This document shows, one piece after another, positions 23,663-37,900 of a stretch of 64,000 nt of DNA (the first letter of the stretch is position 1; each line of letters starts with the position of its first letter). A program made the position numbers and the translations under genes. This DNA comes from Marsupella aquatica (lineage: Eukaryota > Plantae > Marchantiophyta), in NCBI GenBank assembly GCA_973895155.1, contig OZ316896.1, positions 6,314,166-6,378,165 on the forward strand, in the 5' to 3' direction. The notes beneath the pieces were generated by a model. It was not told the DNA's origin, searched no databases, and was given only the letters and a program-made list of their open reading frames with translations.

Positions 23663-24366
23663 TAGTAGCGGGGCCAATTTGGATACTTGAAAACCTACTG
23701 TACTTGTTCAGCTCAGAAATGTCTGTGCTGATCTCCATGTTTGGTATGGCTACTACCGCCCCTGTCAATTTTCTATGGAGCTCCAAAATTGAGGAAATCA
23801 CAATTTGAAATCTCTGTGCAATCATTCAAAGCATTCATGAAGCTTCCAATACTTTACGGGCGTGTTCAAAAATTTGGAGGGGGAAGAGGTCCCGATTTTG
23901 GAGTTGTCTACCTCGGGTTAACTGCAGTTAGCCGGAAACCCAGCCATTTGCAAACAGCGCACCGCTACCCCACTCATATTTGACTACCCGAGAAGATAAC
24001 AGCCTGGTTATACCCTGTTTAGGTGCGCCCGAGTGCATCGCGGACTGCCCGCAAGGCCGAAAAGAAATCTATATTTGACACGCTTTGTCCTTCTCAGCCC
24101 CGTGCGGGAACAACTTCCCGAACGGCGAGTTGGGACTTCCTTCGAAAGTTCGACTGCCACCACCCTCTTCCCGTTGAAGTGCAGTACCAGCCCCTTCCTC
24201 GAGAGGAGAGTAAAAGTCTGGCAATTGGGACTCCTTTGGATAACATAGCGAGAAGATCCTTTCAGGATTCAACCCCCTGATTGGGAGATTGCGGCAAACG
24301 CGACGTACCTTGATCGAGATCAACAACCTGGATATATTTTCCTTCGCAGAGAGGAACGAAGTAGTG

Positions 24367-27300
24367 ATGTTCTGTTTGAAAGTGCATATGCCAGATCAGT
24401 TCACGGAAGTAGAATTGATGCCTCGGTCCATACGCCCAGACACGATCACCGATGGAGCAGCGGAAGGTCGAGAGGCGAAGCAACCCAGGGATGTCGGGGA
24501 CACTAAAACCGTGTGTTTTTCTTCAGGAAATCCTAGGGTGGAGTCTACGCGAGGGGTTGTGCACCTGTTCCGGAATACATCCGCAGACCCAGGCTCCGCA
24601 GACGAACTGCCGGTAAATTCAAATGCTTATTTTGCAGGATTGGGTGGCATGTTGGCTCCGCGAAGAGTGTCTTTTAATGGGATTGTGAAGTCAGCTTCAT
24701 TCGTGCCATTCCTGAACAACGAGATGGCAAATCTAGTTATAGCTTCGCCTACTTGGGCATCACTTTCCCTTCCTGAAGCTTTATTGATTTCTTGTCTTAT
24801 GCTCCCTCTTCAATTCTCCATATATACCTGTGTGCCCTTTCTCTCCTCCGCTCCACGACGGAATATGTGGTCTCTGTAAATCATTTGTACTCTCCACCGT
24901 CAAGTCATCTACTGCTCTCCAGACTCTTGGGTGATTGCCAGTTTAGATGGTGCAGAATGACACTCGATCACATCGGCCTTGTAAGCGGCACGGAGAACCA
25001 CGTTCTATTTTGGTGTAGTTTCCATGAGTGGTTTTCACCTGTTGTCGATTGCAATTCAATGTTCGCCTCAGTCATTATCGCACTTTGGTCAGAATTCGGG
25101 TTTGTTTATATCATTAGTCCTGCAGTGAAGATCAGGGATCTTGTGTGGCAATCTACCGTTTTGGCTGCTTAACCTGCTTTAATAGTATCAACCGTTCGTA
25201 AACAGTGTTTATTGTCGGTCTCATGTCTCAATTGAGTCTTTGTGCGTTTCAAATTGATTAATTCTTGCGTTCTAGACCTAAGTTTTCCGATAGATTCATT
25301 CGCTTCCTTCATTTCATTGGTTTTATCCGTCCAAGGAAATATTTCAGAATTGGTATTATTAATAATGCTCCCATAGCATCTAAGGTTGTCCAGCAGAAGC
25401 CAGACGGAATTACACAGGCAACAAAGTATTAATGTACTGGAAAAATGTACTAGAAAAATTGTAATAGTATGATTAAACAGATTTAAATGTTTATTGAGAA
25501 TCCATTGAGTTGAGAAAATTAACCCGGGCATTGCTGATGAGTGTAAAGTATGGTCAATTAGTGGCGTCATAGAAAGATTGATCATGACCTTGTTTCATCA
25601 TGTTTTAACGTGAGCTCCAGATTGGGGTGTATGGTAGTGCTATGAATGTAAACAGCTGCATGGTCTGTTATTTTGTCCCAAGACACTCCCTGTTAACGAG
25701 GAGAGAATACGGTGACAGTTCTCGGTAAGTTTATGTGATAGTTTGGCTTTTTCATATTGTTTTTGAACAAAAAAGGCTATATCTCGCAGGCTGGCCGCAG
25801 TGAACACTTGTGCGTACTTGCGGTACCAAATCATTTGACGGGTGCAGATTTTTGCCAGTTTACGGGCTCGTTTCTTCATGACATTGAAGAGATGCGGATT
25901 GTCAGGTGTGTAACAGTCGGTCAAGTTTCATCTCTATTGAAAGCTAGAGGGAGAGGAATCCAGTACTAGTCGGGAATTTTTTTTTAAGTGCTTTGCTGGA
26001 TCTCGCTGTTTCTGTCCTCAGGAATGACGGTGCAATGGATCGCTACAGTGTCCTCATGAAGTTTGATAAACAGAGTTCTGCTGATGAGTTTTATCGACAT
26101 TATAATGGGAAGCCGTTCTCATCATTTGAGGTTAGCTTTTAGTGATGATTTGTAAACGAAAGGTTGATACCATTAGCATTAACAGCAAAATTATTTTCTA
26201 GCCGTATTCCTTATGCAGTCGTTGCAGTACAGAACAGGGGAGCAGTGGTCTGGAGTGAATTGGCCCAGTTAAGGACTGCTTGTTGTAACTTTCACCACTT
26301 GCTAAGATTGCTGTCTGGCTGAAGGAAAGGATTGGATGTTCTGTCCGTGACCTCTCACTGATCTTTATACGTTTGAAACATACATGAATATCCTTCTCCT
26401 GATGCTGGGCTGATTCGTTTATCTTCCTCTCTCCTTTTGGATTGCAGGCAGAGGTGTGTCATGTATTGTTTACTGCGGATGTTCAGTATACCGATTCTGG
26501 AGAAGAAGCATCATTGCCCCCTGCAGGGTTAACTGAACTTCCAACCTGTCCAGTTTGTCTAGGTGGGTTGTCTGAGAGTGACGTCACTTTGCGTGGTGTT
26601 GATGTTCATTTCAATGATTTAGGTCAGGAAGCATTACTTCCCTCTCAAGGATTGACAGAAAATATTGCAATGCCTCAGATATTTTGATAGGATGAAACCT
26701 TGCCTTTAAGCTCTTCTATTACTGATTTGACTTTCATTTGTGTCAATTGTTGATTTGATGCAGAAAGACTTGACCAGAACATCAGTGGAATTTTGACGAC
26801 TGTGTGCAACCACTCTTTTCATAGTTCTTGCATATCCAAATGGACGGACTCATCTTGTCCTGTAATGTTTACTCCCTCTTGAAGTTAATGTCGTTTCTTT
26901 TTGTGTGTGTGTTTTCTTTTTGGGCCGGAGTAGGTTGGGGAGGTTCTTAATGCTGATAAAACGAGCCCGATTTCTTAATTGCAAAATTTAGTTGATCACT
27001 CGAGGACTTTCCTTGTTGGGTTAGGCGGACCCATGAATTCAGTTCTTCCTTCATTCGTCAGAATTGTCGGTCAGAGGTATATCTTTTATAGTTAGGTCTG
27101 AGCATTGTTGATGGAAGTTATTTGCTTCAGGATCCGTGGTAAATGGCTAGTTATCATTTGCGACTTTGCAGGTGTGTCGATACTGTCAGCAACAATCAGA
27201 GAAATCTACTTGCTCAATCTGTGATTCTCCCGAGAATTTGTGGATCTGTGTGATCTGTGGCTTTGTTGGTTGTGGAAGGTCAGAGTTGTAATTCGAGTTG

Positions 27301-29537
27301 TCTGCTATCTGTTCATTTTACAACGTAATGTGTTTTATTAGAATCTACAGTCAATACAAACCCGTTCCAGGCATGTACGAGGTGGGATCGGAGCAATGTG
27401 TACGAGATTTCTACTTTGCAAGAAAGAGTAAGGTACCAATGGTGTTGACTTGCAGGACCTATCAGTAGACTATCATGTGGTACTGCTACTCTCAAATTTT
27501 GACTGGACAGTTTTCTGGGTAAACAGGTATCAAGAAGGTCATGCAATCAATCATTGGAAAGAGACGCAACATTGTTACTCACTTGAGCTCGAGACCCAAT
27601 GTGTGTGGGACTATGTTGGAGACAACTACGTACATCGCTTGATACAGTCAAAGACTGATGGAAAGCTAGTTGAGCTCCCAGCACCTTGTAGAGATAGCAG
27701 TGAAGACTGTAGTAGCTGTGAGGCTTACAGTCGAAGTGCTGAAGTGGACGAGGCACTCTATGATAGTAAACTAGAAGCAGTAAGTCAACTCTCAATCAAT
27801 TACCTTGGGTTGCAATACTTGCCGAATACGCGCATGATAAGTCTGCATATCCTGACTGGTATTACGAGTGGAGACAAAATGAGAATGAAAGCTCCTCCCT
27901 GCGGGAGCACAAAAGAGAATTGTGCTGGTTTACGGATATTAGACTTCTGGTTTTGTGCTGAGTCTGTTGTATACGGCACAAGTAATTCATCACTAGTCTG
28001 ACCTCTCAATCATATACAGATAGCAACGGAGTATGATCATCTTTTGACGACACAGCTCGAGAGCCAAAGACAGGTCACTTTTTTCTCGTCATCAATGCCT
28101 GGTCTTGCCGTTTGTGATTGCATGAGTTTTGGAAGCATAGGTGACCTGGTCTTGAAATATTTTGTTTGTCTCCGTGGCAAGATTGACTTTGCTGACGTTT
28201 ACTAATGTTGTAGCTTGTGTTTTCAGTATTATGAGGGTTTGCTTATAGATGCAGAAAAGCGAAGAGATGCTGCTATTTCCGTGGCTGTTGAGAAGGCAAT
28301 GAGTTCAAAGCTACGAACCCAACAGGATATGAAGAAGTTGCAGGAGGACAACTTGTTCTTGCAACAGGTCGGTACACAATTTGTGCGTTTAGCTTAATCT
28401 ATTAGTCCGGAGAGATTTCTGGTTGCGATTCATTTTCCATTTCTCAGTAGTGCCAATATCCATACAATTTCAATTATGTGCATAGACAGGCTTCTATCGT
28501 CAGACATATCCTAATGCAAGCGATTAACTCAAAGGGGTTTCTGAAAAATCACCCTAGTGTGAAACGTGTGGAACTGAATCTGGGTGGAGGGTTGACAGTT
28601 TACCTGTATCTCTTTATTGTCGATTTAGGTTTTACTTAAATGAACAATGTCTTGGCAGGTGAATCAATCTTTAGTTGATAATCAGCAAAGATGGCAGCAT
28701 AAATTGAATGAACAGGAAGAACGGTAAGTACATGCTTTGGATTGAATTCTGTATGTGTCAATTGTTGACCATGGAAGTAGGGTGAAAAGTTGGCTTTTCA
28801 TGTAGTTGAACCGTAGCGAGTGATCATGCACCGGTCGTCCACCGATTTTATTCGTTTTTATTATAGCTTGATCTCTTGAGTTCTAGCTGTAATTATTAAG
28901 CCCTTCAGAAAGAAGCTTCCTCGGGTTCAAAGGGCAGGAGCCTTTGGGTGCAGCTGAACTAGCTCTGCAATATCTGTCAATGGGATGTGATAACGACTCA
29001 CTATCTTTGCAGGGCAAAAGTGGCTTTGAAGCAACGAGATGAGCGAATTGCAGATCTTGAGGAACAGGTTCTCAACTAGTTCACTTTTGTTATTTGTTAT
29101 CTGTTTCACCGTTAAATTGCTTGTCGGCCTCACAACTAAGCTTAACTTCTAGTATGGAAAATTGTCCTGCAAGACTTGTGCGTGTTCCCACAACCTCTTT
29201 GAAGCTACTTCTACAAGAATTGCACCGAATGAAAGCTTTCTTTCTTGCTTACCCTAGCTACAAGAGTTTTATGAAATAGCAAGCTTTCTACCCCAGATAA
29301 GATCAAAGTTTACTATAGGGGGCACGGTAAATGACGTTTTGCGTCTGTCACAATATGATATCTTAAATCTAACTTCGATAAATTCAGGTCAGGGACTTCA
29401 TGGTGTACATTGAGGCTCAGAAGACTCTGGAGGCAAGTGAAGATGCAGCTGAACTTCGGGATGGCACTATTCTACCATTACCTGCAACTGCTAATCGGAG
29501 TGCAAGGTTTGCCAAAGTTGGACGAAAAAAACGATAG
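24367..29537 (+). CDS. BRIZ: BRAP2 RING ZnF-UBP domain E3 ubiquitin ligase (BRIZ family), 502 aa; exons 24367-24612, 25790-25905, 26022-26130, 26448-26562, 26764-26861, 27172-27278, 27527-27779, 28020-28073, 28227-28367, 28659-28723, 29013-29067, 29388-29537
   Basis: [40 protein letters not shown]...[23 protein letters not shown] (RING), [15 protein letters not shown]...HWKETQHCY...[24 protein letters not shown] (ZnF-UBP), C-terminal coiled coil. Eleven GT-AG introns give a 1509-nt frame. Confidence 0.93.
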
Positions 29538-30539
29538 AAAAGAGGATAGTGTACAAGCCATCTGTAAAGGCTAGTATTGAAGTGAATCTGTATATAGCGC
29601 AATGGTGTAACGTACCTTTTAAAAAAAATCCATGTACTTTTAAAGTGCTGTTTCAACCCATTCTGAGATATTTAAGGTTGGTAAGACTGAAAGAGTGTGT
29701 TGTGACAGTGGCGTTCTAATAATATAATCAGCTGAAGCACTGGAAACCCTGGGATACCGACCTATCATCCTGAGTTATCTCGGTTTTGTAGTAGCCTACT
29801 TTGTAGTAGTTTCTTTATCCCACGTCTATAACAGAAAGTGGAATACTGTCAGCTAGCTGGGGATTATGAATTCGTTTATCCTTCATTTCTTTAAGTTGTT
29901 TCCGTGCGATTGCCAAAGGTTTAGAGCCTCCTCGGTGAGCATCCGCTGCTTGTGTCCTTTGCCTTGTCTGTTGGGGCGACTGCCTGATCATTGATCGCAC
30001 TGGCGTTCTGTGGACGATGATGGTTAGCTTTCATACGACCGAATCTTTTCACGGTTCTATTACCTTGATACGCTAAAACAAACAACATGATGAAATCGAA
30101 CTAACATCCAAGATCGTGCTAGCAATTGCCTTAGGGAAACCAAGTGGTCTCCGATAGGAAAACTTCCGCTGCCCTCGTTTTTTGTCCCGGTTGGAATTTC
30201 CTGGTTGCCGCCCCTGCGCATACGACTGCTTACACACCCGTGTAACCGCCCCACCAGGGCCTGTGCATTTCCGGCCTCGATACCTTTTTCCCCCTGTATT
30301 TTCTTGTTAAGGGGTTATAAACCTTCTCTAGCCCATTTTTATCATTTTTCCTGATTTTCTTTCGTTGGCCTTAGATTCTTGGATGTGCTGCTCACCATTT
30401 TAACCTGCCAACAGGGGGAGAGCTAGGCTTGTGGGTTATGGGGTGGTAATTAGTTTCAAGTTTTTTGAATAGTTGAGAAAAAAGTCAATTTTGTTGGGTT
30501 TCTCACATAAGTGGTTCGAAGGAGAATTTTGTTGTCAAT

Positions 30540-31900
30540 GAAGAGGACATTGACCTTGAAACACGAGTGTCACCGGAATAGTTAGTGGAGGAGAGCAAGT
30601 GTTCTCATCAGAGTGATTTGAGGTGAAAGAGGAGCGCTCACCCATGCAGCCAGAGGTGAAAGAAGTAGCCTCAAAGCTATTGGTACTGACAAAGAAAAAG
30701 ATGGTAACAATCAACCTTGGGAGAAGCAAATTTGAGGTTGTAAAGTATGACGGTCGTACGGATTACTTGTAGCAAAGTGACAGATGAAAGAGATACTCTC
30801 TGATATTGAGCTTGGTACAATGGTAAAAAAATCAGCCAGGAGATTAATGACTAGTAGTACATGCAAGAGCAGACTCTGAACACCATTATGCTTTGTTTAT
30901 AGTCAAATGTCATCAAGCAGATGGCGGACCATGTTCATTGTGCATCATTGTTTACGTCATTGCAGTAGAAGTACTAAAAAAAAACTATCAAATTGGCCTA
31001 CATGTCCATAGAAGCCATGAGCTTCACGATAAAAGATAGTGACGTAAAAATTTAGAATCACATCAATGGTTTTAATGATTTGGTCAACTTGAAAATTTTG
31101 GGGATGAGCAATAGGCTCCTTGCTTGATTAGCACTCTGCCTTGAATTCTTTGTATAAATCACTGTTATCGGCATGATAGGAAGACCATCACTTACAATGA
31201 GGTAAAAAATAATATATTGACTGATGACTTGCAGCAAAAGTTGACCATTATCTTTCGGTCATCTTTGTCATTTGGTGTGGCCTTGGATGTAAACTGTGAA
31301 AGATCACAATAGCGCACAAATGATAGGGACTGAAGTTAGTAAATCTAGGACAAGATATGCTTCTAGTTCCAAGTTCCAAGTGAGAAAGTTGGTGGTCTGT
31401 TGGAAGTGTGGCAAGGCTTGTCACGTGAAGAGAGATTATAAGGATAAGCAATTGGAGTCTTGTCAACCAATGTGACTAAGACTAATGGTGAAACTGATTT
31501 ACTCAATGATGAGTATGTTTTGCGCAGCCAAGAGTATAACATGTGCATTTAATCCAGACGAACCTAAATTTTTGAATGTGCTTGTTATTTTCACATTTGC
31601 TACATTTGCAATTTTTATAATTCTTGTTATGTATCAAGCAATTCAATTTGATGGGAAATGATCACCACTGTCAAATTGTGGGTAGTGGATGGTGCTATGT
31701 GCACAGCTTCTGGAGTTAAGTACAAACCTGGCATGTGTAAGAATTTAATTTCACTCCTTGTGTTGGATGTTGATCAAAAGCAAGCTTGAGAGGTACTGAA
31801 ATTCTGTGATTCTTTTCTATGAAATGGACCTACTCCTTGTCTATATTTCAAGTTAGAATGTTCCACAATGGCCAAAATATGACGTGGAATGGCTAAGATC
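30540..31900 (+). mobile_element. Highly degenerate Ty1/copia gag-protease remnant
   Basis: KFEVVKYDGRTDY (copia gag N-terminus) and zinc-knuckle-like VCWKCGKACHVKRDY; many stops and frameshifts. Confidence 0.6.
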
Positions 31901-31963
31901 ACGGCTAGGATTGTTTGGAAAAAATTGAAAGGTCTTGCATATCAAATCTCTTGGAAGTGTCCA

Positions 31964-34900
31964 AGTGGTGAACCTCGCCACCCAGCGCCCTCACCAATCC
32001 TAGCACTTGCGCCTAAGTGCCCTTGATGCCCGAACGCCTCCACGGAATACCTCGAGCAAGCATCCAAGTGCCTCAAGCACCACCAACGGCCACTCCCATA
32101 TGAAGCCGCACTTGCTCACCTACACGACCGCTACTCAACGGTCCTCACTGTCTGCACAAACAACCAAGCACCTTGGTAAGTAACCCCTTCGGATCTAGAA
32201 CTCGCCAAGTCTAGCATCCTAACTCAAGCTCAACAGACGTTGGTAAATAGGTCAGCGATGGGTCCTCCCGATGCCATAAGCCGGAACCAGGACAACTCCT
32301 TCCTTGGGCGCGGCCCGGGTTGCCCCTCGTACCTATCCATCACCAACTGACCGCCCTGACCTCAGGACATACTCATGGCCCAATTAGCGTAGCTTGTCCT
32401 AAAGCTTGTCCCAAGCTTGTCTCAACACGCCGGGACCAGAACAACCCCGACTCTAACACCGACTCCCGGTTTGCCCCACTGATGGTCTAGGGACCGAGCG
32501 CTCTTGGGACTCAGCCTCCATACCTACTTGGCCTTGCCTCCCCAACGCAAGCTCCCTTGGAAGACTGAACGCGGCTTGGCTGCTGTTTGGCAGGATTTGG
32601 TACACGGGTGAGCTAACACCCGCAAACCACAAGAACCCATGGAACCCCCATACCCAGATGAGCTCAGGAGGGCGTAGCCCTTCTCAAGAGCTTTCCAACG
32701 CACCTAAGAAGTCCTCCAACAGACTTCCCGTTGGAAAGATATCGCCATTTCCGTTTGGCGGTTTCCCTTAGTGTCACGATCGCCGCGGCTCACGACTTCG
32801 GCTCGCCCTTAGCCCCTAGGCAGACACCACTCCCCTCATATATGCTTCTGGAGACCTGCCATCCCCGGACCAGCTTTGGTCCCTAAACATTTGGCCCCCA
32901 ACCCGGATCCCATCGCGCATAATGGGTGCGCCACCAACTGGCAACGCCCATAACTTTCTTGATAGGCATCCGCAAGCGGAGTGCCTTAGCCCGTTGTGAC
33001 CGGGCCGACCCAGTGCTCATGCCTAGGCCCTCAGGTCTGATTGCCACTCAGGGCCCCCGGCCGGCCCAACCCGGCTCGGGCCACAACTTGCGCCCCAAGC
33101 GTCCGTTGCCAATGGCATCAACTCCATTGGCCTTGGGCCCAAGAGGAGCTCACTCCCAAGCCCTCAGAACTCAGAGCCCATCCGATGGTCTGGACGGCCA
33201 CCCTTGAGCCCGGCCCATTTCCCCTTGACTCAACCAGCCATAGGCTAGTCCAAGTCCTTAGTGTGTGTCCCCAGCTTGTCCCCTTGCCTCGCTAGTGCCA
33301 CGTCTCATTGCCCACAAGTCTCCCCATGCTAAGTCCTCCCCGGATGGCCTATCCGGGCCTGGACCATAAGGGAGCTCGGCGTCGGAGTCAGCGACGCCGG
33401 AGCTAAGTGTTAAGGTAGTCGAGTTCCGCGACTTGCACCCCCCTTTAAAAATGGTCACATCCGCGTGACCTAAGTAAACGTTCCAACACGCCTAGACCAC
33501 TTTGGGCCTTACAAACTTTTATGAGGTAACAAATGGTTTGCCCATAAGGCTGATGCAAACCAGGTTGGTATGCGCATTCCATACTTAGGAAATTCCAACC
33601 TATCCCACTTATCCAAGTAGGATGCCAGTCCAAACGGGTAAGCTAACTCCAAACTTGTCGGACCCATTGTCCTCCCCTTGGGGCGCTCCCCTTTGGTTCG
33701 AACTAGCCCGCCTACAGATGTAGGGCGGGCACCATCAACTTCCACTCGCAAAGAGCAAATCGGCCGCCCAACAACCTCTAGCCCCAACGCAATCCGACTT
33801 TATCCTTAAGAGGCCGAGAGGAGTGAAACTAGGATATAACTCACAAAGGTAGCTACAGCTGCCTGTACCAGTTCACAACGGCAGTAGGCCGCTTCGCTTA
33901 CGATAGCTTCCAAGGATCTCTGAGGCATTACCCAAATTTTCCTCCGGTTCCCAAGTACTCTCGGCCTGATCATAGCCAGCCCACTTCACCAAATACTCTA
34001 AGATTTGCCTTCCCAACTTGCATTTGTAATGGTGGTCCAGAATTGCCTCCACCTCAAACTCCTCGGCATCCTCCACTAGCATGGCGTCCGGACGCAAGAC
34101 CTGATCCCAGTTGGGATCATCGTCTTTGACAAACTTCTTGAGCCGGCTAACATGGTAGCTTTTGCCCACGCCCATTTCCTTGGATGTCTCCAACACCACC
34201 GAAACCAGATTATCCTTGTGGGCCCATCGTATAATGCGATAGGGCCCCGCATATATGGGAGCCAGCTTCCTACTTATGTTCCCGTGGTATTGCTCAGGTC
34301 TCAACTGCAACCAGGCGCTCTCCCCAATTTCAAAGCTTACCTGGCGTCAATATTTATCCCCTTGCTCCTTGTACCGACTTTGGGCAAGGGTCATACCCTT
34401 GGTAGCCGCTTCCACAACTAGGCACCACTCTTGAATAAAATCGTCCGCAGAAGGAACCTTGCTTTCCGTCCGCCAAGCTTCCGGATTTATAAACCAGGAG
34501 GGCGCCCTTGGCGTCCTCCCTGTGGCCAACACAAACGGCGCAAACCCCGTCGCCGAATGCTTGGTCGAGTTATACCTAAACTCGGCCATTGTTAAATGCT
34601 TTGCCCAATCCTTTTGATTGGCCGTCACAAAGTGATGCAAGTAGTCCTCCACGATACCATTAACCCATTCCGTTTGGCCATCTGTCTCATGATGATACGC
34701 TGATCCCCTAGTCAGGTCCATTCCGGATAACCGGAACAACGCCTTCCAAAAATGGCCCGTGAACTTGGTATCGCGATCGGACAGGATATGCAACGACAAT
34801 CCCCATTGTCGGAAGACATTGTCAAACACTAGACCGGCAACCTCTCGGGCCAAAACCACCTTCGTAGTAGGCAAGAAATACGCCATCTTGGAAAAATGAT

Positions 34901-37900
34901 CCACAATTGTTAAGATGGAGTTACTGTCGTGGGACTCAGGTAATCCAACAATGAAGTCCATGGAGATAGACTCCCATGGAGCCGCAACCACTGGTAAGGG
35001 TTGTAGTAGTCCTCCTTTTGCCCTATAGACCGTTTGGTTCTTTTGGCACGAGTAACAACTTTGCACATGTTGAAGGACCGAATGCTTCATGTCTGGCCAA
35101 TACACATCTCGCGACATGCTGTGATACGTAGCAGCTTGTCCTCCGTGCCCTCCCCAGGGCGAGTCATGGTACTTTTGCAGAACCTCTAACCTTAGAGACT
35201 CTGGTATGTACACACGCCTCTGCTTGTATCGCCATAATTGGACATTATGCGTCGTATCCAACCCCAACAATACGTGCCTTACCTTGCCCCGGCTACCCCC
35301 ATTGCTTTGCCAATCCTTGGCTAACGTGTCATCCCCATATGCTGCGGCCAGAACCTTTGGCCACTCGGATTCAAGCATCGTGATCCCATTGACACGATGC
35401 TGGTCCTTACGCGATAACGCGTCCGCTGCCGGATTTATCTTCCCAGGAACGTGGCGGACTTTGAAATCAAAATCCGCCAAGAACATCTGCCAGCGCATTT
35501 CCTTGGGGTTCAGCTTTGGCTTAGAACTGAAGTACCCGACCGGCGAGCTATCTGTGTGGATTACCACTTTGGGACCGTTCTTAAGGTAAATCTCCCACTT
35601 CTTCAACGCATAGATCACAACATACATTTCCCTTTCCGGCGTGATCCAGTGATTTTCCAACTTACATGACTCGAAGGCACAGGACGCCCATCTTGGTGAA
35701 GACAGGCACCAATGGCATAATCACTTGCGTCTGTCCAAATCTCGAACGGCTTCCCCATCTCAGGTAACTTTAGAACCGACGGCGTTATCATTAACCGCTT
35801 AAGTTCTAGGAATGCTAACTCGCAATCCTGTGTCCACACAAAGACTTTGTTTTTCAACGTTAGCGCATTTAGGGGCCTCGCGATCCTCGCATAGTCTTTC
35901 ATGTATCTCCGATAGAACCCCGTAAATCCTAAGAAGGCTCTAACTTGCCTTACATTGGACGAGCGCTCCCATTCTTTGATCTCCTTAAGCTTGTCCTGAC
36001 TAGGCGTAATCCCTTCCGGGGTAAAGGTATGGCCGAGGAACTGAATCTCGTTCATCGTAAACTCGCACTTGCTAGGTTTAGCAAAGAGACAAGCCTTACG
36101 AAGGCGAGAGAACACTTCTCTGAGCAACTGCTCATGCTCCTCCAACATTTTTGAGTAGATTAGGATGTCGTCAATAAAGACAACCACTCCTTGGTCCAAC
36201 AAGTCATGAAAGATGGTATTCATCATCTTCATGAACGTTGCGGTTGCATTACACAACCCGAACGGCATAACCAAAAACTCATAGGATCCGAACCTTGTGC
36301 GCATCGCGGTCTTATACTTGTCTCTCTTAGCCATGCGGATCTGGTAATGCCAGACCGCAAGTCCACCTTTGAAAACTTCTTGGCCCTAGAGAGGCAATCG
36401 AAGTCATCCATATGAGGTAACGGGTACTTGTTATTTACCGTCTGCTTATTGAGGGCTCAGTAATCTGCGCACAATCTCAAAGTACCATCCTTTTTGGACA
36501 CAAACAGAGCGGACGCCCCGTAAGGACTCTTACTAGGGCAAATGAACCCTTGGTCGATCAACTCTTCCAAGGCGTTCTTCAACATCATTCGCTCATTCAG
36601 GTTCAGACAATAAGGAGCTTTAGCCTGAGGAGCCGATCCCGGCTCCAACTCAACTTGGTGATCCACTTCTCTCCGCGGGGGTAAACCTTTAGGTAGCTTC
36701 TGCGAGAGCACGTCGTTGAATTCCTCTAAAATTTCAGGAATTCGACCGCAGTCGGGCCCGACCTTAGCTGACTTGACCTTTGGCTGCGACGCAACCTCCT
36801 TAGTTGGGTGGAGATGAAAGAGGAAACATTCATGTCCACCCTTGAAGTCTTTCCACCATTGCTTCGTCGATACACACAGAGACATCCATGACACTTTACT
36901 TACTTTAAGAAATCTTTCTTTATTTTTGGTAATTTTGTGTACAACGATGGGCTCACCGCCCTTATTGGGAAAATGGAGCACCTCACCCCCCGGTTTCAAG
37001 GTAACATTGTGCTTTCTGAGATAACCTACCGACAAAATGAAGTCACGGCTAGACCGTCTAGAACGTAGAACATCTCCTGACTAACAAAATTTTGTTGTTC
37101 GCCTATGACCTCTACCCGAAGTCTACGCACTACTCTCGACACTATCCCCTTCGTGTTGTTTGCGAACTTGCACACTAACGGTTGTAACAACTCTTGCACG
37201 TCCACCCCAAGATGAGTTGCCGCCTGCCCACTTATGAAGCAGGCGGTCGCGCTTGTATCCACCAAGGCAACACCCAAATTACCATTAGAAGTGACATTCA
37301 CAAAAATCAGTTTTTCAAGATCCATTGTCTTAACTTTAGGTATCTTCTCTCGCAACAACACCCTCTCTCCGTCAGGGACATCCCCTACAGGGACCTTGTC
37401 AGCTACTAAGGGTTCGGTTAGAGCGATACTTACCTTAATGCTCTTCTGCCCTCCACCATCTCCACTCGGCTTGCCATCTTTCATGGAACAATCCTTACTT
37501 TGATGGCCCATGGCACCACATGCGAAGCACAAACCTTCCACCCGCCTCTGCTCCATGGTTGCCTGTTTCTTTGCTTTCTGTGCCGATGAGGCTCCTTTTT
37601 GGAAGTTGTTGGCCTTCCGGTTTTGCTTAGCTCCCCCATTCTGGGGCTGGGGGTCCGAACCACCGGCCCCCGCCCCCTCAGGTTGCTTCCGCTTATTCCT
37701 GGGACCTTTTGCTTTCCCAGCTTCCCCTTCGGATCCCTTGCCATCCACCTTTGCCAAGTCTGGTCGGTTATTCACCAACGTAGTGGCCTTGTCAAAAGCG
37801 TCGGAAAGCGTTTTGAACTCATGACGCTTTTCCTGCAACTTTTCCCTGAGCAACGGTGGGAGCTTCACAATAAAGTTGTGAAGCTGTGTATGTAGGGTCT

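Noticed and set aside
27598-27603. TQCVWDY in place of the usual TQRVWDY in the BRIZ ZnF-UBP domain
   Set aside because: A single substitution in an otherwise intact frame; not evidence of pseudogenisation.
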